From the NCBI GenBank assembly GCA_040954595.2, contig CM082582.2, positions 11,526,315 through 11,590,314 of the forward strand: DNA of 64,000 nucleotides, given 5' to 3'. Source of the DNA: Balanoglossus misakiensis (lineage: Eukaryota; Animalia; Hemichordata). A model generated the notes under the pieces. That model saw nothing but the letters and a program-made list of their open reading frames with translations. It made no database searches and had not been told where the DNA came from. The translations under genes and the position numbers were made by a program. How positions within the stretch are numbered: position 1 is the stretch's first letter; each line of letters begins with the position of its first letter. Shown one piece after another: positions 25,201-37,800 of the stretch.

Positions 25201-28200
25201 ACAGCGCAGTCAGTGGTAGAACTGGGAGAGCAAACAAAAGATATACATTAATGTTAAATTTGCCAAGGGGGCGCTATTTATCGCGATTGAAGCACGCGTG
25301 CATTGCTTCTTTATTCAGATATTGTGTGTACATATATTGAGAACGCCGGGACGTTTGTGTACGTAAAGGGCGAGTGCTCTTGGCAGGGTCCAGCGCGTGG
25401 CGCCCGACACGCATCATGGCCTGAAGGGGATTCGAGTTGATGGTACAAACGAAAGCATGTGTGCGTATACGACAATAGAAGTGCAGATTTAGCACAGTTC
25501 GTCTTCAAAAGTAAACATTTATTTTGGGGAGCCCGGTTCTATACCAATAACCAGAGTTTATACGGTTGTTGGATGCTCTTCTTGCTGTCAGCCATATTGT
25601 TTTGCGAACTGTACAATGACCACAAGCTATACTATTGGCGTCGTACCTTTCTTGTGATTGACAAATTTCCAGCTTTAAAAATCTTGCCAAGCTTGCTAGG
25701 GGAAGACTATGCAATTAATCACGAGGCCGTGGGTCGTTTCAAACGCGAAGTTCCGTGACTTACTGTCGCCGCTGTCGTGAGCGACTCAACAATAGTAAAG
25801 CGAAGTTTGAAGAGGATGTTTCTCTGGTGACGGTCTATTGAAGTGTCAGAGGTTATAGCAAACAAAGCAAACTAAAACAGTTACGAGCGCAAGAAAGGGC
25901 ATAGGCGAATGAACGAAAAGAAAACACAAGTTTAATAGATCATGGACGTACATGTAATAGATTAATACCATTGCAAATTCAACAGGAAGCCCCAGTATGA
26001 TTGACGCGACTCTGTCGGCAAATTCTTTCAACGCAATATTCAAAAAACTTTTATTAGACTTGTATGGTTCACAGGCAATGTTGAAACGGGACCATCGCTT
26101 CGACAGACCCGCCGATTGTAATTCGATACATGTGATGACTTTCGTCAAACGGGTGTTCTTTGTTTCAGCATCGGAGAATACTAGCTGTCTGTCTGTCTCG
26201 GCCCTTTGAGTATACGTCATTGATATGCAATAGAACAAAAGACCAAAAAGTCATTAACGCCTCATCTTTGCAATTGTGGAAAAACAGTTGTGCATTTGAA
26301 TTTGCGTAAAGAAACCGGTGCCCTTACATCATACAAATTAGTCGTTGAAATTGATATTTTGAGCTGATTTATTTTAAAGCAGATGGGGTTATGGTTTTTG
26401 AAGGCTCTAGTTTTTTTGCAAGAGGGGTGTCGAACAATTGGTCAAATACCAGGTGGAGCGTAATTGAGGAAAGAAGTTTTTTACGCATGAATTCACGTTT
26501 AATTTAAATCGCAACATATTGTACAACGTACCCGCTTTTTTCAACCAGTGAAGTTTTTTACAATTCTTATTGCATTTTTTGATTGCGTCCGTGCTTGTGA
26601 CTGTTGACCAACCAAACGAGATTGTCTTACTCAGGAGCCCGCCCTCTCTCCCTCGTTGTCTGTTTGCCTCACTGTCTCTCTCACTCATCCTCCGTAGGTG
26701 CCCCTCTCACTCATTCACTCACTCAAAATGTCCTGAAAACAACCCGCTTCTTTAGTATAGCTCGGATACATCCCAGTGGGCGATCAACGTTTTCACCACA
26801 CAGTTTACTGTGATGACCGGTTTTAAGTAAATATTAAACATCACCTGTTGATGTGTCGATTTTCGTGACCTATAGCCCCACATACTCGAAGAAATAGCCA
26901 GTGGAGGGACTGTGTTATATTTTACTCTGTAGTTTTACGGCGACCAAAATACTTCAACCGTAGTTGGCAGATGCTTGATAGCATAGCCCAGATCGAATAG
27001 AACTCTGTACATTGACTTGCCTCCATCAATGATGCTGTGACCTTTAAAAGCACACACCCACTGGGTGCGCAGGTTGCGCGTTCAATTCGATCAGTTTGTT
27101 ACCGGTATTTGTGTTTTCACGCCATCCAATAAATCATTTTACACTTGCATCGTGAAGCCCAGCTTAGTTGAACATTCACAATCCCTCGAAATTACCCGGC
27201 GTCTTGGCTCTCCTGCAAGCCTGGCGACCCCCTCTCCTGGATCCCATACATACACACGTCGAGAACTGTGACACACACTACCAGCGAAAATTTTCGCACA
27301 GGGCGACCTCCTGCTCTATCAAGCATTGGGAGTTTTCATTTAGCAGTTGCGCGCGAATCACCGACGTCATAAATCAAACAAAACGATTGCATACAATAAT
27401 CTGTATGAAATGAAACGGATGTGTCATAAATAAACTGGTGTTTACATGCATTTTCTGTTTTCAATTATATTTGTGAAATTACATAGCCTGAAATAGCTCA
27501 GCACTCACTTTCGACCATAATTGCGCTGTAACACATTGCAGCGTAATTGTATATTTAGTGTTTGTTGTACTAAAACGGTGTAAATTGTGTACCGGAAAGT
27601 TCCTCTAAGCTCCAATGGTTAGCCATGTGTTCACATTGCAACTTCGCATTTTTGGATTAACCCATTAACACATTTTCTAAAATATGTAGCTCCTTCGAAA
27701 AACAAAGACATATGTAGATGACGTTTCAGGTGCTAAACTCCCCGGACAGAAGGTGCAATATCGGTGGATGAAATAACAAAAAACAGGCGGCATGCTTAAA
27801 GATAGCCTTCTCCCCCGAAAGTGTTGATATAATGGGGTCTAGAAAGTCGTGTCGGCCGAATGCCCCTGCTGCAAATTCTTTTTTTTTCTGATACAAATTT
27901 GAGACGATATAATACACCCCCCACCAGACAGTTCTTGTATACCAGTATCATTCGCAGCGGGTTATTCTGGTTAGAACTCATTTTGATTTTAAAAAAAAGG
28001 TTTAATTGCAGTTTTGTCGACGTGTAACAAGGTTTGTAGTCACCAGTCTACCACGTTGTTCCTCCTGTACCATATCTGTCCATCTGGCTTTCGAGGGAAC
28101 TATTTCTCACATCCACCCATCTGAATGAAAGTGTGACGTAACGGCCTCATTAGCATAGAGCGTGAACATCTTTGCTATTACCGTCTATGTCTCTTCCATT

Positions 28201-30189
28201 GTCTCCTGACAAACCCACAATTTTCACGCACTGTAGAGTTATTTCATGTGCTAATAAACAGAAGGCATCTAAAAAAACAACAAAGCTAAACAAAACAGAA
28301 GACACGCGCAGCAACTTCACTGTGAATGTGATTGTGAAAAGAAACAGCGAGAAAAAGTGAGGCATATCGCCAGTTTATTTATGATGCAACTATTAGCCGG
28401 CCTAGGAATTGTTATAATAATGCTGGGTTGGGGCGTACGTGCAACCTTGTTATGGAAACAAACCCGCAAGCTCAAAACACGCCCTTCTCTCCGTTCAATT
28501 ATGTGTAAGATGGATTTTTTGGGGGGAAGACAGACAGACAGACAGCTATTTCAGTGCATAAATTGCAAAAAAAAAACATCATCGAGACAAAGTGGGATAT
28601 TCAACTCACTGCCGCGGCGGCGCACATTCGAACACCGTAGCGAGGTTACTCGCCGATTTGTGGCTAATGTTTTGGCTGACACCAACCCCTGACCTCGGTG
28701 TTACCACGGCAACAGGGGACTTATAGTTTGCTTTCAACCCATTCATCAAGAGCCGAGATGGCAGGATGGGAAACAAACACGACAGGAGCTCTATTAATCG
28801 ATGTTTACAAAACACAGTCAGTGAAATGAACACATTATGTCAATTGCACTCTGTAGACAGACCGTGATCGCGCATATTTCTATCGGCTCTCTGAGCGATG
28901 TCAAAAGCGACAGCGTATTGTTTATAAAATGATAATAAAAAATGATCGCATATGAAAGAAGAGAGTGAAACTCGATTCTTTCGTCGCACACAAAACCGGA
29001 CCCGTGCTTAGGTTATTGAAAAGTGTATATATTTATACACATTTCAACTACACTTTTCACCCCTTCTGAGAGTGGATTAACCCTGTCCGAATCTGTTCGC
29101 TTGGTCCAGGTCGGCCAAGTCACTTTCTGTGTACACACGGAATGACATGTCGGCAAACACAGCCCTTTGTACGGTGGTGCTGACACACCACTTTATTTTG
29201 ACAGCACTTCCATTTTTTTCAAACTCGTTTTTTTTGCCAATATCGCTTTGTAGCGTTGAACGTTGCATGGCGTTCTCATGCGATATTCGATCTGCAACAC
29301 AAGTGTGTAACCGTTGTTCAAAACATGTTTTCGTACACTGGTTTACAAGGCGAAACGGTCACGACGTTTTAATTTCTTTCTTCGTCGTTTTTCCCCCCTC
29401 ATTGGTCGAGTTAGCGCGAGTCCGGGGACACTACCTCGCTATCCGTTGTGACAACAAAACTCTGGACGTCCAATGTCCCGACGAGCATACATCATAGGCG
29501 GGCGGGCCCATCGCTCTCCCTTTTCAGCTTCACGTCAGACTCCTCAAGTCGGTCGTAAAATGCAAGAGCAGGAACGGTGTACGTGTGTACAGAACTCAAC
29601 GCTTGATGTGTTTGTATGGTTTAAAACCAGTATTTACTTTTCTTCCGTAAACACGATCAATTTATAATTTAGACAACAGGAGATCGGTCAGAACTTTCAG
29701 CGTTTGCAATGCGCACATAAAAACCGCGTTTATTTTCCCCAAAAAGATCAGCCGGAATGGAGAAAATATGCTGAAATGTAACAAAACGGAATCTCAGAAA
29801 TAATAAAACGCTGCTCAGAGATACAGATTTACAGATGTGTACCCGCACATAGAAAACTGCCTCAAATTAATAAATAGTTCCAAAAATACCACTGCGAGTT
29901 TCAAATATTAACCATTCGCTACCGGGCATCCATTTAGTACACAATTCTACATTCAAATAAATCCTGGTGGAAAATAGTAAGGAGGAGGGGGGGGGGGGGC
30001 TTATTATATGAGGAAAAATTCGCCAAACGGGTACAGTTATTCTTGATCCAGCTTTCGATTTTGAAAAAAAAACAACAAGAATATTTATGATAATTTGCAC
30101 AACGGATGTCACAACAACGCCCACCAAGCTGTTCACGCCATAGGAAAACTTATCACATGGCTAGGGCGGTCATAATTTATTTGACAGTA

Positions 30190-30470
30190 GCCACGCCCAT
30201 TGCAGACAGACAGCCTCAAAAAGCCAGCTTCATTCTTTGCAGCGTTGGCCATTTGGAAGGTAACTTTTTATATATATATAAACATAATGCCTCCAACACT
30301 CGACGTGTGAGCTGCAGGAAGGTGCCTCTACGAAAGTTCAACCGTCCACTTGAATCGAACTTAGTTTATTTGAGGGAGCGAGAGGAAAGACCCAACTATC
30401 TATACTTCACACAAGTTATTATATTGTTCGTCAGGTGTATACAGGAGTCCCCGCGCTCGTATATAAACAG
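30190..30470 (+). promoter_or_regulatory. FoxQ1 proximal promoter / leader region
   Basis: GCCACGCCC (Sp/KLF-type) at about 30190; TATATATATAAA at about 30271-30282; forkhead-type ATAAACA at about 30278 and 30463. Confidence 0.45.
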
Positions 30471-30585
30471 TGTGTGATATCGGAACTCGAGTGCCCGCTC
30501 CCGATAAAAGTCCGATTGCTGCAGACGGCTCATTTTGAAAAAATAGCTGTTATTGTTTTTACTCCATCGAATTCCGCAGACGAAG

Positions 30586-31833
30586 ATGTTGGATCCGCGA
30601 ATGCCCGACGATTCGGCGACGAACCCCCACGCGGGGCAGTCACCGAAGGACGACGAGATGGAGGATGTGGTTGAACACGACTCCCAGATTTCAGGCAGCA
30701 AACACAACAACGATCCGGGCGATGCTGAGAGACATATGCCCGTTACTGGCGGAGGAGAAAATTCAACCGTTTCCTCACCGTCCAAGGTAGGGACATCCGG
30801 ACAGACGACGTCAACGACGACGACGGCGGCGACGGGGAAGCCGACCTATCACCGCCATCCCAAGCCCCCGTTGTCGTACATCGCTCTGATTGCCATGGCG
30901 ATACAAGAATCGCCAACCCAGAAACTAACCTTGGCCGAGATTAATGACTATTTGATGAAGAAATATCCGTTCTTTCGCGGCAGTTACACCGGTTGGAGGA
31001 ACTCTGTACGCCACAATTTATCCCTGAACGAGTGTTTCACGAAAGTTCTCCGAGACCCCTCGCGACCATGGGGCAAAGACAACTACTGGACCATAAACGA
31101 GAACAGCGAGTACACTTTCGCGGACGGCGTTTTCCGACGCCGCCGGAAACGGATCAACCGCAAAAGATCCAAGGCGGACAAGCGAAGCGATCAGACGGCT
31201 TCGATTGGTGACGGTGCCGGCAAGAAGTTCAGCAGCCCGTTCGCCATCGATAACATCCTCGGCAAAACTGTGGACGAAAACGCTCATCTGCTGCAGGCGG
31301 ACGCTGCCAACGTGGTGATGACGGCACCGTCTCACGGAGCCTGGCCCAGTAGGATAGTCAACACCAACGGAATCGAGCACCAGCGACTGATTCTCCAGCA
31401 CCACCACGAACTTTACGAGCGAAGCAAACTGCTGGGATATGCCGTCTCCGGCGCCGGAATCAGCGCCGCACTTGTGAGCCCCGCCGCTGCCGTCAACAGC
31501 CAGGCGTACCACCACAGCCTCCTAGCCCCGTACTACCACGGACTCTTACCGCCGGGCTACCGATACCCGGCCCTGGAGGCCCTGCAGCACCACGTCCGGG
31601 CTCAAGCTCACCTCGCCAAAGCACAACTACCGCCACACGCCGCCCGGCACCAGGCCCCGCTCGCCGCCGCCGCTGCAGCCGCTGCATCCTCGTCCTCGTC
31701 CTCGTACCACGGCCTGATGCCCGAAGATTTGAGAGTCAGCACACGACAGGCCAGGGAAAATGCATCAAGACCGTCGAATCTCCTGCATCGGATTGCAGTG
31801 AACAGTTACAGTGTCGAGAATTTGATATCTTGA
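30586..31833 (+). CDS. FOXQ1: Forkhead box protein Q1 (uninterrupted CDS, 415 aa from the first ATG)
   Basis: Forkhead domain with FoxQ1-diagnostic strings [37 protein letters not shown] and [17 protein letters not shown]; eh1-type motif FAIDNIL (31240-31260); His/Ala-rich C-terminal region. First in-frame ATG is at 30586 (the track start 30553 is a TTG). Confidence 0.95.
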   Translation: MLDPRMPDDSATNPHAGQSPKDDEMEDVVEHDSQISGSKHNNDPGDAERHMPVTGGGENSTVSSPSKVGTSGQTTSTTTTAATGKPTYHRHPKPPLSYIALIAMAIQESPTQKLTLAEINDYLMKKYPFFRGSYTGWRNSVRHNLSLNECFTKVLRDPSRPWGKDNYWTINENSEYTFADGVFRRRRKRINRKRSKADKRSDQTASIGDGAGKKFSSPFAIDNILGKTVDENAHLLQADAANVVMTAPSHGAWPSRIVNTNGIEHQRLILQHHHELYERSKLLGYAVSGAGISAALVSPAAAVNSQAYHHSLLAPYYHGLLPPGYRYPALEALQHHVRAQAHLAKAQLPPHAARHQAPLAAAAAAAASSSSSSYHGLMPEDLRVSTRQARENASRPSNLLHRIAVNSYSVENLIS

Positions 31834-34800
31834 GGGGAGGTGTAAGGTGTAACGTGCAGATACAAAACTTTCAGAATCTTCATTTCACTTCGATAAGCTT
31901 ATTGTCGCATTTTCATCCACACGTTGTAAATATTATGATGTCCACTGTGTACATATATAGAGAGGGATAGTTTAGAAGCTTATACTGCAATGCAATCGCT
32001 ATCTCTTTCAAAAATAAGCTTGACTCTGTTTAACTATTTTATTTTATTCGGTTCGAGATGATGGTGTTTTTCCTAACTTTGACGGTATCCAGTATACAAG
32101 AATTTTAATTTATCAGGAAAATCGTATTTCAGACATCAAATTTTGCCCTTCAGACATAACACATTTCGTTGTTCAATTTGACGTTGTGAGTTGAAGTGCA
32201 TGCCGGCAGCAATTTGAGTTTTTTTTACCCCGGTAAATGATTGTAAACTTTGGACCCATGTTGTGCGTAATATAGTGCACCTGTTTAGAGGTACTGGGCA
32301 ACAAAAACTCGCGAGATTGACCAGACGGTCTAACTTTTCCAAAATAGCATTCAGGTGTCGCTTGCATCTCCACGCCAATATGTTCGCTTTCATCGACATG
32401 TCTATTTTCTCAAACGTATTTAAACGCGTCTTGAATCTGACCTCATATTAACCCAACCGAGTTTTTCCCCTCGTGATGTGCGGGTTACAGTGTGTGTCTT
32501 TGTTCACAACAACGTGTAGACTACACGGCTTGAAGTTCGTGACTATGTCGTGATCGCCGCTAAAACACAGCTGACGTATGACACTTTCAAATGTTTGTGT
32601 ATGCGTATGTCTCGTTCCGGGCTGCATACACTGTGCGGGTTGTTCGCGTGACACAACCCGCATTGAATTGGACATTTTCCCTCGCACACATGCTAATTGC
32701 AATCATTTTTCAACAACTACAACCCACGCGTAATGTCTGTCTTTTTTACCGTTTGCAAAATGACCAGAGTTAATTTATTATTTGCGCTTAAAAACCGCCG
32801 TAATTCCAGTCTGAGGCCGCTTCACTTTCTGTTCCGGAATTCACAAAATTTCATGCACACACGCTTTCATGTTTATATGGAAGTGCACGCTTAGCAAGTC
32901 AAACAATCACATCTTTCCATGACACACAGATAAAATGGGCCATTTTTAAAAATAGATATTTTCTAATTTGAAAAATACAACGATGTAAATTGAGCAAAAC
33001 CACTATAAAACAGTTTCTTTTTTAAAAAGTGGAGGGTTTCTGAAAAAAACGGGATGAAATGTACCAAATGTTTCTAAAACAGACGATGGTTCCTCAGTAT
33101 ATGAATACATTTCGGTGTAAATTATAAAATATGTCTGGAACACTCAAATGCATAAATACTGGCGCTCCAAATCTGCTTATTTCGCTCTGACTTGATCGTA
33201 TAAGTATTGATCCGATCTCGACATGAATTATTTTTAGGAAAATGTTGTCATGACCCGAAAACTGTCTCGATTTAGAGCACAAGCATAAGCAACATTTTTA
33301 TCCATTTTGTGTCAGTCGCCTCGTGTTGATAGTTCGTTCCAACATTTTCCGACAGGGAGTCTTTTTCGTGCCATTTTATTTTAGTAAAAAGAAATAACAC
33401 TGTGTGTCATGCGAAGAATTGATTTATTCTGACCTGACAGAAATAAACGAGGCTAAAATCGTTTCACATACTTAAAAATGACCATATCTCTTTGTTATCA
33501 TAATAAGACAGGTAAACGATAACTATCCACTCAAACCTGTAAATATCTTATTTGCCGATTTAAAAAAGTCAAATTACCAAAGAGATAGCAATGAACTTGC
33601 TAGGGAGTACAGTTTTTAGGGTGAGCATGAATTGGGGCTTATGGTTGTCAGTGCAGTCTGTTGTAAAATGTACGACGGGTACGCATATGCGGTAAACGCC
33701 CATGCACCCAGCAAAATTGACCGACCTCTTAGACTAGAGGTAACAATTTTAACTTTTTAAGCATTATATCACTCGCACAAATACGGGAATTAAAGTTTAG
33801 TGTTGAGAAATATGCGTTTTTCGCCTATTTTGTCACGTTTGAGCTTTTTTTTTGCAAAATGACGTCGTGTCCCTGCCCTTCGTCTCTTTCTGCATCTCTG
33901 CGCAAGCAGATGCAATGCTCACAAACTTGAAAATTGGCTGTCTCTCCTTTGTCTATACGGTTTGTTGTTTTTCTTGACATATGTCCACGTCCATACGAAG
34001 AATTGGTTTTCAAATTCCAAACAAATTAGGCGAGGAAGTGAGCCGTTACAGTGGAAAGTTCGCACATTAATTGGTGTGGGCGATCCGCCATTATTCAAGT
34101 TCTCGCCTCCTCCAAATCAAGCAAATTGCAATTAGAGTCGATCAGAATACAACGTAGAGGTAAACATGGGGGAGAATGAAAAACAGCATTATTTTTTGTA
34201 CGGTGAGGTCTATGTCAACCCTGTCAGCAAACTATTAACACGCTTGGGCGACTTGCATTTTCCAGCAATTAATCATGGCCGTTGTCTTAAACTCCAGTCG
34301 CACGGCAAATTTGCGGTGCTCCCCGTATTTTCTTGGTGCATGTAGTTGAAACGCCGATGAAATCCGGTCGGCCCATATAAAATTAATAATTTGCCCAGCA
34401 GACCGCATCTCGCGGTTAATCTATATAGTTTAAAGACGATCCCAGTCTAGCCGAAGCGTCAAGATTGTACAAGGAAAAGGAAGGGTTTGTGATATTGGAC
34501 ATCAGTTTATGCAAGATAGGGAAGTTTAATTGTACCAATAATGCTAAATCACCTGCATTGGCATGCGCTGTTGTAAACACAGACTCTTAAAAAAGGTCCA
34601 TACCTCCATCTTACACGAGATGAGCATGTGCATGCGTAATTTTGAGAATATACCCACGAAAATGCCAATTTCTTGAACGTTTCTCTGTATAACGTGGTGT
34701 TAGTTTCACGTCAGTCCGATTTCCCGGTATATACGGATGATTGTCTGAAATGGACATACCATCGTAGTTGTATATCGGTAATCAACAATGTACATAGTGT

Positions 34801-37800
34801 TCAACCGATTTCATTTTTTGCACCATATCACCAAGATAATAAATCTCCCGGCTAATATCACCTCTCATTTTTCAATTCATTAATAATTATTAATATTGTT
34901 TGAAAAAGGAAATTGTATGTGTTGGGAAGAATTTCAGCGACAATGTAATAAAAAGTACAGTGTACAGTGTGAAGCGTATTATATGCGTGGTAGCGGTCTG
35001 TGTCTTGTTGTGTTTACCATGGGCGAGTATAGATGTGGTAGTCCTGAGCTTCGGGTCGACCACAGACACAGAGGGGTTTTTATGACTTCGGTGGCTTGTC
35101 GGTTTGCGACGGGAGAACCTGAGAAGTTTATGTGGCGGCCACAGTTTGTTGGGGCTTCTTTGAAATACTCACGGCCGGAGACTTATCCTTTTGCCGGTGT
35201 TCGTGAGCTGCCATACAATCGAGCGGAAAGCGGTGTTGTTTGACCAGGTCTAATCCAGCTATCGTCTAACATCTTTCCTCTCTCTTTTTTATTTCCACCA
35301 TTTTGAGGACATTTTCCGGTTTTCTAAACTATCCGTTGTGTAAACCGTGCCTGGGACCGACGCTAGTCCGTTCGGTCAATATGCTTAAACGAATTCTTCG
35401 CGCGAGCGAGTTCTCTCCCTCTTTTATACATCGCAAACATACTAGCTGAAATCTCTAACATCGATCACTTATAGTAGGTCGCCGGTTGACATGTCAGTAG
35501 TCAGAAATAATGCCGTCGAGTATACTTGCAATGCCGCGTGAAGGCGAACTGCTTTCGCTCCGTGACCGAGAAACGCCATGCTCTGACGCACTTTAAGTTG
35601 AATTTCCACAACAAAATGCAGGTTAGGTAGAGGATGAGCGAATGATTTACTATTTAGAAACAAAGTTCTGCTCATCAAACTCGCACTTCCAAAACCGACA
35701 ACCCCACAACAAGCGGCCCGGCTATTTGCTCGTACCCGGTAGAGGTCATCTTGGTTAAGTCGAGTCACTTTCGCTCTTGCCAGCGCTGTGTGCAAGGTCA
35801 TCGGACGTCAGCGAGAAGCCGAAACATTACGGTGATCCATCGTACGAAAGAGTCTTGTCGTGCACGTCTGATATTCTGTCAAATAGCCACAGCAAAAAGA
35901 CGAAAAAAAAAACACGACAAAGAGATCGGTGGGACACGGGACATCTTATTAAATCGAAATACGACAAATATACCGGGTTATTCACTGTTGATATTCCCAA
36001 CAAAACACTGAAAATAAAATCGTAGGTTACGGCGATCGGAACATGAACTATAGGAGACTGAAATTGAACACTCAAATAGAATTTTAAGGCACGAAATCAA
36101 CAAAAAATACATTTAACACAGTATTTTTATGCAGATTGTTTCAGTCTATGTTGTCATAATATACTAGTAGTATATTTCATTTCGGGTCTATCATTATCAC
36201 TTAAAATGAAATATAGGTAGTCAAAATTTTTATAGGCTTTTAATTCGCATTTCGTCTCTTTTTAAGGAAAATGGCACGTTTAGAAATCTGGTTCCCCATC
36301 CTTGAAATATAAAAAAATCATCGAAACGAGCACATAAAATTGGCCGGGTATTCAAATGAAGGCATATCCTAAATTTATCCCTGGAAAAACCGTATACATG
36401 TACAGTGCATGCTATTTACACGCGAGCCGTGACCTATCAGTGTGTTTGGATATACACCCATTGCTATTGTTTAATCAATACATTTATCTCTGTGAAAGAT
36501 ATTATTTTGTTGTTGTTCTTTTTCAAACAAATGACTTGCGCGCAACATGGACGGAATAAACCTGCAATTTTCACAGCAGTTTACGGCGCCCACACGCGAA
36601 CGCTTTGTAAATGTCACCCGCGTCGTGCTGCCGTGGGCGCGGCAGCGAATATGTCGTCGCATTACAAATCGCACTTGAAATTCATACTCCATCCAGGTCG
36701 ACGCAACTGTTTGGTTTTCTTTTTGTTCACTATGACGATGAAAATGGTTTATACTATAGAGCCATGTACCTCTGTGAAAGGCAGCGCGTTTCTGCGGGTA
36801 GATAGGCAGAACTATTTGGCGACAAAGCTGAGCCCGGTATCGCAAAAACACAGGCGACTCTGTTACCCACTAAAATTGCCCAATGTCAGATTACGAAAAA
36901 CAAAACAAAACTTCTTCATTAAAGTTAAACGCTTTCATATTTAAACGCTCGCTTGAAATCAACAACGCAGCATATCATGAATATTCCCCCTTTCTCTCAG
37001 ATTTGCCATCAACTTCATTCCCGTGCTCTGTGCCGTTTCCCACGGATTAAAACAATTCTATGGGATAAAATAGCTCGAATTGGAGTAAATAAACAATGGT
37101 GTACAGTATATAAGATGATAATCATACAGTCACCGTTTCATAAACAGAAAAAAATACTGTTTTTAGTGAAAAAGAATCATGCGCCACGAATAGTACAGGT
37201 CATTTTATGCTGTCCCAGGGACATATAATTTGTTTAGCAGTTCGACCTGATGGATCTCGGGCTTATTTGCTCAGGCTATATTAAGCCTCCGAAACGGCAC
37301 AGAGGCATCGTAAACATGGTCGCGCAGATAGAAAGATATTTCCAAGCCCATGGCAACATATTGAAAGTGTGCAGGTACACAGAATAGTCCAAAAATATCC
37401 GCGAACACAATATGTGTTCAGTCGATTTCCATCCTACACAGAAACTTGAAATCGGAAAAATCGGAAATGCATGTTGTATCTGAGCATCTCGGACCGTCAT
37501 GTTGATTCGTTGATTGAACCTATGCAAAAATTCTGACGCCATTTCACACGCCATCCTCTCTAGTTATGAGGTGTAAATTCCGGGGAAGGGAGATCAGACG
37601 GCATGTTTTATATAATTTCGGAGATGTTTGATCCATTGGGATTTTATGCGGCATCGGCGCCGGGCGCGAGTTTCAGCGAAAGTGACATTATACCGGCAAA
37701 TATCGCACATTTTAAAAAAGAACCGAGTGAATCCCGGTCGCGCTGCTCGTAAATCATCAATTATGATGAACCGCCACCAAATCGAGCAAATCTTGGACAC

